DNA from: an uncultured Gemmatimonadales bacterium
GTDB lineage: Bacteria > Gemmatimonadota > Gemmatimonadetes > Gemmatimonadales > GWC2-71-9
Length of the DNA stretch: 64,000 nucleotides
Direction: 5' to 3'
Assembly: GCA_963739455.1 (NCBI GenBank)
Contig: CAVUAK010000001.1
Coordinates: 2,208,001-2,272,000 of the forward strand
A program made the translations under genes and the position numbers. The notes under the pieces were generated by a model. It was not told the origin of the DNA, made no database searches, and worked only from the letters and a program-made list of their open reading frames with translations. This document shows, piece by piece, positions 20,831 through 30,769 of this stretch. The first letter of the stretch is position 1; each line of letters opens with the position of its first letter.

Positions 20831-23542
20831 ATGCCGGGTCCTGCGCCTTCCGATCGCGACCTAGCCATCCTCCGGTCGTTCGCCAGTCGCATCGACCCGT
20901 CCGACGCCGGCGCGCACAACAACCTGGGTGTCCTGTATTACCAGAAGGGGATGATCGGCGAGGCCGTCGCCGCGTTTTCGCGCGCGCTCGAGATCGACTC
21001 GCGCATGCAGGTGGCGCAGGACAACCTCGAACTGGCGTATCGAGAGAGCGGTTTCTACGATGGCCGCGTCGCCGAACTGCAGGAACGCCTGCGGCGCACT
21101 CCCGATGATCGCGAGGCGCGCTGGGAACTGGGTCGTGCATACGCCAGCCTGAGCCGGCACGACCTCGCGGCCCAGGCCTTCGAGGAACTGCTTGCCCGGG
21201 CTCCAGCCGATGTGCCCGCCCTCATTCACCTGGGACTGGCCGAGAAGGCACGCGGCCGCATCGAGGCTGCCGGCGGGTGCTTCGCCCTCGCCGCCGAGCT
21301 CGATCCAGGCAGCGCCGTCGCGCGATTCTACCAGGGCGAGACGCTGTACAATCGCGGGCTCAACGATGCGGCACTCGAGGCGCTCGAGGCCGCCATCGCG
21401 CACAATCCCGACTACGCTGAAGCGCACTACCTGCTGGCCTTTGTCTACGGCGACATGGGGCTGCACGAGCGCGCGCTCGCGGCCACGAAGCGGGCGATCG
21501 CGCTGAACCCGATGCTCTCGCGGGCGCAGGCGAATCTTTCGCTCGAGCGGCTGGTGCCCAAGGGAGAAGAGGGCGCGAAGGCGGGGAAGGCGGGGAGGGC
21601 GGGGGGTGCTGGCGTGGGGTCCGACGGCGTGCCGCTGGAGCGGGATCCGCTGGCGCACTACCAGCTCGGGCTCGCCTTCCGGCAGAAGCGCTACTTCGCC
21701 GAAGCGTTGCGCGAGTACCGGATGGCACTCGATGCAGGCGAGGATCGCTCGCTGGTACTGCAGGCAATGGCGGAAGTGCACCTGCTGCGGCGCGATCACT
21801 CGACGGCGCTGGAGCTGTACGACGAGCTGCTGCGGCAGAACCCGAAGGTGCCGAAGCTCTGGAACGAGCGCGGCGTTTGCCTGCACCAGGCGGGGCGCCG
21901 CGACGAGGCGGCGACGGCCTACGAGCACGCGATTGCCGCCGACCGTACCTACGCGCTGGCGTGGAACAATCTCGGCGTGCTGCGGGCCAGTGCCGCCGGG
22001 TCCGATACGGCAATGGCGGCCTTCCGTTCGGCGCTGGAACGGCAGCCCGGCCTGCATGCGGCGCGACTCAACCTGGCCCTGCTGCTCATGCAGAAGCGCC
22101 AGCCGCAGGCGGCACTCGAGGCCTACCGCGAGGTGCTGTCGCGCGACCACGTGAATGCGGTGGCGTGGAACGGGGTCGGCCTGGTGCTGATGGAACTCAA
22201 GCGCTACACCGATGCCCGCAACGCCTTCGGCCGCGCGGTGGAGCATGACCCCGCCCTCGCTGCAGCGCACTACAACCTGAGCTTCACGCTGGGACAGCTC
22301 GGCGACTTCGAGGGCGCGTTGCGCGAAACCAAGCGCGCGCTGGAGCTCGAGTCGTACTACGTGCCGCAGAAGTTCGCGCTGACGATCGACCTGCAGTACG
22401 AGGATCCCACGATCGCAATCGCGCCCGACGTTGCGACTGAGGTGGGACTCGAGTCGCTGGGTGGCGAGTTCGCCTTCGATCCGGGCACCCTCGACGACCT
22501 CTTCGCCGAACTGGCGCCGCCCGAGGCTCCGGTGGTGGCCGCCCGGGTCGAGGATCCCCTCACGCTGGCGCGCGATTACCTGAGCAAGGGGCTGCTCGAG
22601 CTGGCGACGGCCGAGGTGACGCGGGCGCAGGGGCGTGGCGCGGGCCGCGCCGAGGCGCAGACGCTGCTGGGCGAGATCTACGCGCGGCGAGGGCTGCACG
22701 GCGAGGCACTGGAGCGCTTCCGCACGGCGCGCGAATCGAATCCGGGCGACCGGCTCGCGGCACTGGGTGAGCTGCGCGGCCTCGTGGCGCTGGAGCGTGC
22801 CGCCGAGGGTGGCACCCTGGCCGAGCAGCTGCTGGAAGCATTCCCCCGGGATGTTGAGGTGCTGAGCGCCGTCGCGCGCGTGCGCCTGGCCATGGGTGAC
22901 GCAACGCGCGCGCTGAGTGCGGTACAGCTGGCGCAGACTCTCGCGCCCGGCCGCTCCGACCTCCTGCACCTGCAGGCGCGAGTCGCAGTGCGACTGGATG
23001 ACCGTGCCGCAGCGATCGAGGCGTGCCGTCGCGCGCTCGAACTCGACGACTCGCTGGTGCAGGTGTGGTACGAGCTCGGGCGTCTGGAGGAAGGACGCGA
23101 GGGATGGACGGCAGCGCAGGATGCCTATGCGCGCGCACTCGACATCCTTCCCACATATCTCGAGGCAGGGCTGGCGCTGGCGGACCTGCTGCGGCGCCGG
23201 ATGCAGCATCGTCCCGCGCTCGAGGTGCTGGTGGAACTGCTGACCACCGACCCGTACGCGGTGGAAGCGCTGGTGCTGCTGGGCAAGGTGCTGTTCGAGC
23301 AGGGGCGCATCGACGAGGCGCTGGAGGGCTTCGGGCGCGCGCTCCGGTTCAACCCTGAGCATCCGGCGGCACTCTTCCATTCCGGGGACGTGCTGGCGCG
23401 CAAGCGCCGCTTCGAGGATGCGGTTGATGCGTGGGACCGGGTCTCACAGATCGATCCCTCGGGGCCCTTCGCCGCGCCGGCCCGGAGCCGGGCGCGCTCG
23501 GCGCGGGATCTCCGGCACATCTTCGCCGCGCAGCCGGGCTGA
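20831..23542 (+). CDS. Large cytoplasmic TPR protein
   Basis: Many TPR repeats (AHNNLGVLYY, AWNNLGVL, AHYNLSF) in several blocks; no signal peptide apparent. Confidence 0.85.
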   Translation: MPGPAPSDRDLAILRSFASRIDPSDAGAHNNLGVLYYQKGMIGEAVAAFSRALEIDSRMQVAQDNLELAYRESGFYDGRVAELQERLRRTPDDREARWELGRAYASLSRHDLAAQAFEELLARAPADVPALIHLGLAEKARGRIEAAGGCFALAAELDPGSAVARFYQGETLYNRGLNDAALEALEAAIAHNPDYAEAHYLLAFVYGDMGLHERALAATKRAIALNPMLSRAQANLSLERLVPKGEEGAKAGKAGRAGGAGVGSDGVPLERDPLAHYQLGLAFRQKRYFAEALREYRMALDAGEDRSLVLQAMAEVHLLRRDHSTALELYDELLRQNPKVPKLWNERGVCLHQAGRRDEAATAYEHAIAADRTYALAWNNLGVLRASAAGSDTAMAAFRSALERQPGLHAARLNLALLLMQKRQPQAALEAYREVLSRDHVNAVAWNGVGLVLMELKRYTDARNAFGRAVEHDPALAAAHYNLSFTLGQLGDFEGALRETKRALELESYYVPQKFALTIDLQYEDPTIAIAPDVATEVGLESLGGEFAFDPGTLDDLFAELAPPEAPVVAARVEDPLTLARDYLSKGLLELATAEVTRAQGRGAGRAEAQTLLGEIYARRGLHGEALERFRTARESNPGDRLAALGELRGLVALERAAEGGTLAEQLLEAFPRDVEVLSAVARVRLAMGDATRALSAVQLAQTLAPGRSDLLHLQARVAVRLDDRAAAIEACRRALELDDSLVQVWYELGRLEEGREGWTAAQDAYARALDILPTYLEAGLALADLLRRRMQHRPALEVLVELLTTDPYAVEALVLLGKVLFEQGRIDEALEGFGRALRFNPEHPAALFHSGDVLARKRRFEDAVDAWDRVSQIDPSGPFAAPARSRARSARDLRHIFAAQPG

Positions 23543-23544
23543 TC

Positions 23545-24690
23545 ATGGCTATCGAGGGACCGCTCAAGGAACTGCACATCCATGATGTGTTCCAGCTGCT
23601 GGACCTGGGCCGGAAGACGGGCGTGCTGTGCGTGACCTCTGAGCTGCGGCAGAACTCGGGGATGGTCTACTTCGAGAAGGGGGCAGTGGTCGCTGCGGAG
23701 ATCCGGAGTAATCCGCATCCACTGGGCACGCTCCTGCTGCGCGCCGGCAAGATCGCCGAGGCCGACCTGGCGCGGGCGCGGGCACTGCAGGGCGCGGGTG
23801 ACGGGCGACGGCTGGGCGACATCCTGGTGGACCTCGGCGCGATGAACCGGCGCGACCTCGAGCGGCTGGTGCGCCAGCAGGTGCAGGAAGTCATCTTCGA
23901 GCTGATGAACTGGTCGGAGGGATACTTCTCCTTCGAGGAAACCACCGGGCCGCGGACGAATGCCGAGGCCAGTGTGCGGATCCCGACGGAATCGCTGCTC
24001 ATGGAAGCGGCGCGCCGGATCGACGAATGGTCACGCATCGAGGCCAAGGTGCCGCACCTGGGCGTGGTGCCGCGCTTCGCCGATGCCGACAGCCAGCACG
24101 GGATGCTCGACCTCACGCCCTTCGAGTGGGAAGTGATCGCGACGGTGGACGGAGCACGCGACCTGCGGGCCATCGCCGACAAGCTGGGGCGGGCGGAGTT
24201 CGAGATCGCCCGCACCATCTTCGGCCTCACGAGCACCGGCGTCGTCGTGCTGGATGATCCGACACTGGTTGCCACCGGACCGGAAACCCCGGACGTGACG
24301 CAACTGGTGGTACGAGCAGAGGAGCAGCTGGCTTCGGGTGATGTCGACTCGGCGCGGCTCATCGCTACTGAAGCGACGGCGCGCTTCCCCGATCAGGCCG
24401 GCGCGCATGCGGTGCTCGGGCGCGTGCTGCTGGCGGGCGAGCACTACGCCGAGGCGGAGGAGGCATTTTTCGAGGCGCTGCGGCTCGAACCCTCGTTCGC
24501 ATCGGCGCGGCGGCTTCTCGGGACGGCGCAGGCTGCAAGCGGAAGGTTCGACGAGGCAATCGCCTCGTGGCAGCGCTGGCGGCAGCTGCCGGAGCGTTCG
24601 CCCGAGGAAGTGCAGCTGCAGGACGGGGTCGATCGCCTGCAGGCCGCGGCGCGACTGCTGAGTGACGCGATCAAGGGGTGGTATGACTGA
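23545..24690 (+). CDS. DUF4388/PATAN + MshEN-like + TPR protein
   Basis: MAIEGPLKELHIHDVFQLLDLGRKTGVL...GMVYFEKG, RLGDILV motif, WSEGYFSF, SLLMEAARRIDEW, C-terminal TPRs. Confidence 0.82.
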   Translation: MAIEGPLKELHIHDVFQLLDLGRKTGVLCVTSELRQNSGMVYFEKGAVVAAEIRSNPHPLGTLLLRAGKIAEADLARARALQGAGDGRRLGDILVDLGAMNRRDLERLVRQQVQEVIFELMNWSEGYFSFEETTGPRTNAEASVRIPTESLLMEAARRIDEWSRIEAKVPHLGVVPRFADADSQHGMLDLTPFEWEVIATVDGARDLRAIADKLGRAEFEIARTIFGLTSTGVVVLDDPTLVATGPETPDVTQLVVRAEEQLASGDVDSARLIATEATARFPDQAGAHAVLGRVLLAGEHYAEAEEAFFEALRLEPSFASARRLLGTAQAASGRFDEAIASWQRWRQLPERSPEEVQLQDGVDRLQAAARLLSDAIKGWYD

Positions 24691-25498
24691 CCCGATTCGC
24701 GAGCTGACAGCGCAGCTGGCGTCGGACCCGCAGAGCCTCGTCTTCCTCGAGCTGGGTGAGGCGTTGCGAAACCGGGGGCAGCCGGCGGCGGCGTACAAGG
24801 TCGCGCGCATGGGCGTGAACCGGTACCCGGAACTGGCGGCGTCGCACGACCTGCTGGCGCGGGTGCTCGCTGACCAGGGGGACCGTCACGCAGCGGCCGA
24901 GGCTTGGCGGCGCGTGCTGGAGCTGACGCCGGGGCATATCGGTGCCAACAAGGGCCTCGCCTTCCTGGCGTTCCGGGCGGGTGATCCCGAGGGCGCACTG
25001 CCGTTCCTCGAGGCGGCACTCGGTGCGGCGCCGGGAGACGAGGGTCTCGCGGTCGCCGTCGAGCGGGTGCGCACGGCACTGGATGGTGCGGCGGCGCGTG
25101 CCACAGCTGCGGCGGCAGCGAGTGAGCCGAGTGCGCTGCGCGGCGCAGAGGGGTTCGAGCCATTCGAGGATGCTCGCGGCGTCGTGCTGCTGGACACGCA
25201 GGGGCTGCGTCTCGCGGGCACGGTCAACGCGCCCGACGGAAGCGACGTCAGCGATGCGGTCGCGGCGCACCTGCAGGGCGTCTCGCGGGAGGCCGCGCGC
25301 GCGGCGCGACTGCTCGACCTGGGCGCATGGGAGAGTGTCACCGCAGAGTCGGCGGAGGGCCACCTCCTCGTCCTTCCGCCAACGCAGTCCACGGTGCTGC
25401 TCCTGCTGCGGGACGCGCGGGTGCCGGTGGGTCGTCTCGGCCTCATCGCGGAGCAGGCGGCGCGCGCGGCGCGCAGCTGGCTGGAGCGACTGGCGTGA
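24683..25498 (+). CDS. TPR + roadblock/LC7 domain protein
   Basis: N-terminal TPRs (FLELGEALR, LARVLADQGD); C-terminal GVVLLDTQGLRLAG...VGRL roadblock pattern. Confidence 0.75.
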   Translation: MTDPIRELTAQLASDPQSLVFLELGEALRNRGQPAAAYKVARMGVNRYPELAASHDLLARVLADQGDRHAAAEAWRRVLELTPGHIGANKGLAFLAFRAGDPEGALPFLEAALGAAPGDEGLAVAVERVRTALDGAAARATAAAAASEPSALRGAEGFEPFEDARGVVLLDTQGLRLAGTVNAPDGSDVSDAVAAHLQGVSREAARAARLLDLGAWESVTAESAEGHLLVLPPTQSTVLLLLRDARVPVGRLGLIAEQAARAARSWLERLA

Positions 25499-25845
25499 AG
25501 AACCTGGGTGAGACGCTCGAGCGGGTGACCCGCGTGGCGGGCATCCGGGGCGCGATGCTGGTGGCGGAGGCGGACGGTCTCGTGGTGGCCGAAGCATTGG
25601 CCGAGGGCCTCGACGGCGGGGCGGTCGCGGCGCTCGCGGCGAGCCTGACGCTCCGGCTCCGCCGCACGGCGATCAGTGCCGGGCTTGCGGTGCCGCAGGT
25701 GGTTCAGCTGCGGGCGGAGCGGGGAACGGTCCTCAGCGTGCCGGTGGGCGACGACCTGCTGCTCGTGGCAGTGGCGGAGCGCGATGCGAACCTGGGGCTC
25801 GCGCGGCTCGAGCTCCGGCAGGCGGCGGCGCAGCTCGGATCATGA
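25495..25845 (+). CDS. Roadblock/LC7 domain protein
   Basis: GIRGAMLVAEADGLVVA...ANLGLARLEL; GTG start overlaps the upstream stop. Confidence 0.82.
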   Translation: MKNLGETLERVTRVAGIRGAMLVAEADGLVVAEALAEGLDGGAVAALAASLTLRLRRTAISAGLAVPQVVQLRAERGTVLSVPVGDDLLLVAVAERDANLGLARLELRQAAAQLGS

Positions 25846-26303
25846 GGGTCATCGAGCCGTGGGTGGCCGAGCCGCTGCAGGGGTTCCTCGACGAGTCGGG
25901 TGCGCGGCTCACGCTGCTCATGACGTCAGCGGGCCAGGTGATCGCGCAGGACGGCTTCACCCGCTCGGTGGACGTCATGGCGGCGGCGGCGCTCGGGGCC
26001 GCGATCATGGCATCGACGGACGCGATCGCTGACGTGATGAGCACCGCGGCCTTCGGCGTGGTGCTGCACCAGGGGCCGAAGCAGAGCCTGGTGCTCCGCG
26101 CGTTCTGGACACCGCGCGGTCGATGGATCGGGCTGGTGGTCTTCGGGTCGGAAACGTCGGTGGGGCTGGTGCAGCTCTTCTTCCAGGAGCTGGAGCTCGC
26201 GCTGGCGAAGGCGGCGCCAGCGGAGCCGCCGACGCGGGCCGTGCTGGCGGAAAATTTCGAGCACGAACTCAACGCGAGCTTGCGCTCGCTCTTCGGGCGG
26301 TAG
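25842..26303 (+). CDS. mglB: MglB-like roadblock protein (putative GAP of MglA)
   Basis: LLMTSAGQVIAQDG..DVMAAAALGAAIMAST..VFGSETSVGLV with an acidic C-terminal helix; immediately upstream of mglA. Confidence 0.72.
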   Translation: MRVIEPWVAEPLQGFLDESGARLTLLMTSAGQVIAQDGFTRSVDVMAAAALGAAIMASTDAIADVMSTAAFGVVLHQGPKQSLVLRAFWTPRGRWIGLVVFGSETSVGLVQLFFQELELALAKAAPAEPPTRAVLAENFEHELNASLRSLFGR

Positions 26304-26306
26304 CGG

Positions 26307-26909
26307 ATGTCGCTGGTCAACTTCACTGCGCGCGAGATCACCTGCAAGATCGTCTACTATGGACCGGGCCGGTCCGGGAAGACGACCAACTTGCAGTACA
26401 TCTTCGGCCGGGTGCCGGACACGCGGCGCGGGCGGATGGTGTCGCTGGCCACGCAGGGTGACCGGACGCTGTTCTTCGACTTCCTTCCCATCGACCTGGG
26501 GAGCATCTCGGGGTTCCAGACCAAGTTCCAGCTGTACACCGTGCCGGGGCAGAGCTACTACAACGCGACGCGGAAGCTGGTGCTGCAGGGGGCCGACGGC
26601 ATCGTCTTCGTGGCCGACAGCCAGGCGCGGCGCTTCGACGACAACCTGGAGAGCCTGCAGAACCTGCAGGAAAACCTGCTGAGCCAGGGCGTGGATGTGC
26701 GGACGATGCCGATCGCGTTCCAGTACAACAAGCAGGACCTGCCGGGCGAGCTGGTGCTGCAGCCGTCGGAGCTGGATGACTCGCTCAATTTCCGCGGGGT
26801 GCCGAGCTTCGGTGCCGACGCGCTGCATGGCAGCGGCGTGTTCGAGACGCTGAAGGGGATCTCCGAGCTCGTGCTGCGCAAGCTGGCTGCGGGAGGGATT
26901 GCCGAATGA
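26307..26909 (+). CDS. mglA: Small Ras-like GTPase MglA
   Basis: KIVYYGPGRSGKTTNL, DRTLFFDF, QLYTVPGQ, NKQD. Confidence 0.95.
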   Translation: MSLVNFTAREITCKIVYYGPGRSGKTTNLQYIFGRVPDTRRGRMVSLATQGDRTLFFDFLPIDLGSISGFQTKFQLYTVPGQSYYNATRKLVLQGADGIVFVADSQARRFDDNLESLQNLQENLLSQGVDVRTMPIAFQYNKQDLPGELVLQPSELDDSLNFRGVPSFGADALHGSGVFETLKGISELVLRKLAAGGIAE

Positions 26910-29147
26910 GCATGCTGCAGGGCGCGCACCGATTCGATGCACTGGTGGTGGGCACGGCCAACCGCACCGCGGTGACGGCCGGCCGCGCCGTGGCGAGTGC
27001 GCCGGGGTCGGCCTACAACCCGTTGCTCATCTACGCGCGGCCCGGCATGGGCAAGACGCACCTGCTCGGCGCCATCGCGCATGAAGTGTTCGCGGTGAAC
27101 CCGGCGGCGCGCATCGAGTTCCTGACACTGGATGAGTTCGTCGAAGGCTTCCATGTCGCCCTGTCCACCGGCCAGAGTGACCGAGTTCCGCGCGCGGTTC
27201 GGCGATGCGGACCTGCTGCTGGTGGACGACATCCAGTTCCTGAGCCGGCAACGGGAAATGCAGTCGGAACTGCTGCGGGTGCTCGACGTGATGCTGGCGG
27301 GGCAGAAGCAGGTGGTGCTCACCAGCGACCGGGCGCCCTCCGAAATCGAGTCGCTCGACGACCGGCTGCTCACGCGGTTTGCCGGGGGCCTGGTGCTCGA
27401 CATCGCCCGACCGGACTACGAGACCCGGGTCGCGATCCTGCACCGCAAGGCGGAGGAGCGCGGCGCGAGCTTCCCCGACGAGGTGCTCGAGGCGGTTGCG
27501 TCGCTCGACATCGAGAGCGTGCGTGAGCTGGTGGGCGCCGTGAACCGGCTGGTGGCATTCCAGGCGGTCAGCGAGGTGCCGATCGATGCCGCACAGGCGC
27601 GGCTGCTCATCGGCGGCCTGCAGTCGGCGGTAGCGGACGACCTGGTGGTGGAACAGGCGGAGACGCTGGAGTTCGCCGGTGTCGGCCATGGCGAGATGGC
27701 GCATGCGGGTGGCGATTCGCGCCGCCTCGTGGCCGACGCGCTTCCCGGGGTGATGCTCGGCCAGTCGGACATGCTGGGCGGCGGTCCCCTGGATGAGCTG
27801 CCCTCGCACGACGAGCCCGACGACGCGCCGCACGATTTCGGGCTGGCGGGCGAGCCGCACGAGTATGCCGACGCGCACGAGTTCTCGGAACCGGGCCCGG
27901 CGAAGCAGCAGCCGGACGAGCTGGGTGAGGGACTGGCCGAGAAGCAGGCCCTGCAGGCCGACCGCGACGAGTTCGGTGATTTCCTGTCCGACCTCGCGGC
28001 CACGCTGGCGCGGCAGGTTGATCCGTGGCGCGCGCGCGTGGGCGAGGCGATCCTGCGCTGGGAGGGCGAGGGCTTCCGCACCTACCGGCTGGAGCGGCTG
28101 CTGGAAGATCCAGAGCCACCCGATCCCGAGTCGGTGATGATCCAGTACGAAGCCGACGCGGAGCAGCTGCTCGAGCTGCGCGCCGAGGCGGAGTCGCTGG
28201 CGCCTGGCATGGCCGGCGCAGCGCAGCTCACCGATCCCGGCAACATGGCGGCGGCCGATGCCTACATGCAGCGGGTGCGCGAGGGCGCGGTGCCGCCGGC
28301 GGGGCCGGTGGAGCACTGGCTGCTCGACGACCTGATCGAGGGCCCGGGGAACCGCATGGCGGTGCGCGCGGCGCTCGCGGCGATTGCCGAGCCGGGGCAG
28401 AAGTACAACCCGATCGTGGTGGTGGGCGGTTCGGGCGTGGGCAAGACACACCTGCTGCACGGCATCGGGAACGCACTGGCGCTGGCGAGCGACGGACACG
28501 TGGCCTGCCTTGGCGCGCACGACTTCACGCAGGAGCTGATCGAGGCGATCGAGCGCGATGCCGTGGCGGCGTGGCGAAATCGCTACCGTCGCTGCTCGGC
28601 GCTGCTGCTCGACGATGTGCACCTCATCGCAGGCAAGGAGCGGACGCAGGAAGAACTGTTCCTGCTGTTCAACCTCTTCCTCGAGTCGAACCGGCAGCTC
28701 GGGTTCACCTCGGCGGTGCCGCTGGCGGAGCTGTCGGGCGTGGAGCCGCGACTGCTGACGCGCCTCGAGGGCGGGCTGGTGGTCGAGTTGCCGCCGCCCG
28801 ACCGCGAGCTCCGCCAGGAACTGGTGGAGCGGACGCTCACGAGCCGCGGCCAGGATGCGGATGCCGAGCTGGTGACGTACATCGCGTCGCGTCCCGCCGA
28901 GTCGGCGCGCGCCGTCCAGGGCTACGTGCAGCGCGTGCTGCACTCGGCCGACTCGCAGCAGGCGAAGCCGAGCGCGGCGCTGGCGCGGGAGGTGCTCGAG
29001 GGCGGCGCGCGCGTGGTGCGGAAGGGCAGCACGCCGGGCCGGTCGATCAGCGTGTCGCCCGCCTCGTCGGGTGGGGTCAAGAGCCACGAGAAGACCGTCT
29101 GGACCTGGCCCACCCTCGCCGATCGCGTGATCGAGGAGTGGAAGTAG
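26906..29147 (+). CDS. Protein with two tandem DnaA/Hda-type AAA+ domains (frameshift near 27175)
   Basis: Domain 1: YNPLLIYARPGMGKTHLL, LLVDDIQFL, TSDRAP, TRFAGGL, VREL. Domain 2: YNPIVVVGGSGVGKTHLLHGIGN, LLLDDVH, TQEELF, TRLEGGL. No DnaA domain I or IV. Confidence 0.85.
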
Positions 29148-29148
29148 C

Positions 29149-30769
29149 ATGGCGATCAAGGGGTCCCTCAAGGAAGCGAGCCTTCCCGACGTCATCCAGC
29201 TGCTCTACCTGGGGCGGCGCACCGGGTGCCTGGCGATCACCGACCGCCAGAACCTGGGCTACATCTACTTCGATGACGGGAAGATCGCGTACGCGTCGAT
29301 CGTGAACCGCCGCGACCGGCTGGGCGACATGCTGGTGCGCAGCAACCGCATCAACGCGGAGCAGCTGCGCCAGGCGATCGACCAGCAGGCGAACGACCGC
29401 GAGGTGCGCCTGGGCGAGATCCTGCTGGGGCAGGGCGCGCTCACGCGGCAGGAACTGGACGACTACATGCGCCTCCAGATCGAGGAGGCGGTCTACTACC
29501 TGTTCACGTGGACCACGGGCGCCTTCAACTTCGAGGCGGGCGTCCGTCCCGATCCGCGCGACTTCCAGGTGCAGATCAACCCCGACTGGCTCCTGCTCGA
29601 GGGCGCGCGACGGGTGGACGAGTGGAGCCTGATCGAGAAGAAGATCCCGAGCTTCGACCTGATCTTCACTGCCGACCAGGCGCGGGTCGAGGCGGCGGGC
29701 GCCCCGCTGTCGGAGCAGGAGCAACTGGTCCTCCCGCTGCTCGATGGCCGGCGCGACGTGCAGCAGGTGGTGGACGAGTCGGGCCTGGTGGAGTTCGTGG
29801 TGGGCCAGGCGCTCTACAGCCTGATCACGGCGGGTTACGCGCATCGCACCGGGTCATCGGCGACCACCATCTCGCCCCGGGTCAACGATTCGCGGGTGGA
29901 GGAGCACCGGAACCTCGGCGTCGCGTTCTACCGCACGGGCATGCTGGACGAGGCGCTGCGCGAGTTCCGGCGGGTCGCGGAACTGCGGCCGACCGAGGGC
30001 AGCGCGCCGTTCTACCTCGGGCTCATCGCGCTGCGGCAGGCCAAGTGGGAAGAGGGCGTCGAGGCGTTCAAGCTGGCGGTGGAGAAGGGCGGCCCGCGCC
30101 CGGCGGCACTGCACAACCTCGGATTCGCACTGGAGCAGCTGGGGCGGCTCGAGGAAGCAGAGGCGGCGTATGGCGACGCCACCAGCCGCGCGCGCGATGA
30201 CCACCGGATCATGCTCGGCTGGGCCATCGCGGCGCTGCAGCGGGGCGAGCACCAGGTGGCGGTGAGCCGACTGGAACGCACGCGCGAGCTGCTGGGCGAG
30301 AAGACGCCGCCGGCGGCGTGGCACTGGGCGATGGCACTGGCCCAGGCGGCGAGCGACGGCCTCGACGCGGCGCTGGAGACGGCGCGCGCGGGCGTCACGG
30401 CATACCCGGAGCAGGCGGTGCTGCGGAACAACCTGGCCGTCCTGCTGGAGCTGCGGGGCGACACCGCCGGCGCGGAGCAGATGCTGAAGCTGGCGTTCTC
30501 GTCCGACCCGGCGCTGCCGCAGGTGTCGAAGAACACCGGCGACCTGCTGTATCGAGCCGGGCGTTATGACGAGGCCTACGAGGCGTACGAACGCGCGTCG
30601 CGCGTCGCGCCCGGAGCTGGGCGACGACCTCTACTTCAAGCTGGGCAACATCGCGTACAAGCGGCGGGACACGGCGCGGGCACGCGCGAGCTGGGAGCAT
30701 GCGACGGAACTGAACCCGGGCCACCAGCTGGCCCGGGCCAACCTCGACATGCTCGCGGCGGAGGCATGA
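29149..30769 (+). CDS. DUF4388/PATAN + MshEN-like + TPR protein (frameshift near 30610)
   Basis: MAIKGSLKEASLPDVIQLLYLGRRTGCL, two RLG motifs, LLLEGARRVDEW, TPRs; the last TPR continues in ORF 30566..30769. Confidence 0.82.

Noticed and set aside
26906..29147. Canonical dnaA or an oriC region
   Set aside because: No domain IV, no dnaN/recF/gyrB neighbours, and no DnaA-box cluster noticed.
12021..29195. Long minus-strand ORFs (12021..14693, 17958..20672, 20861..23380, 27027..29195)
   Set aside because: Antisense shadows of high-GC genes, with no recognisable motifs.
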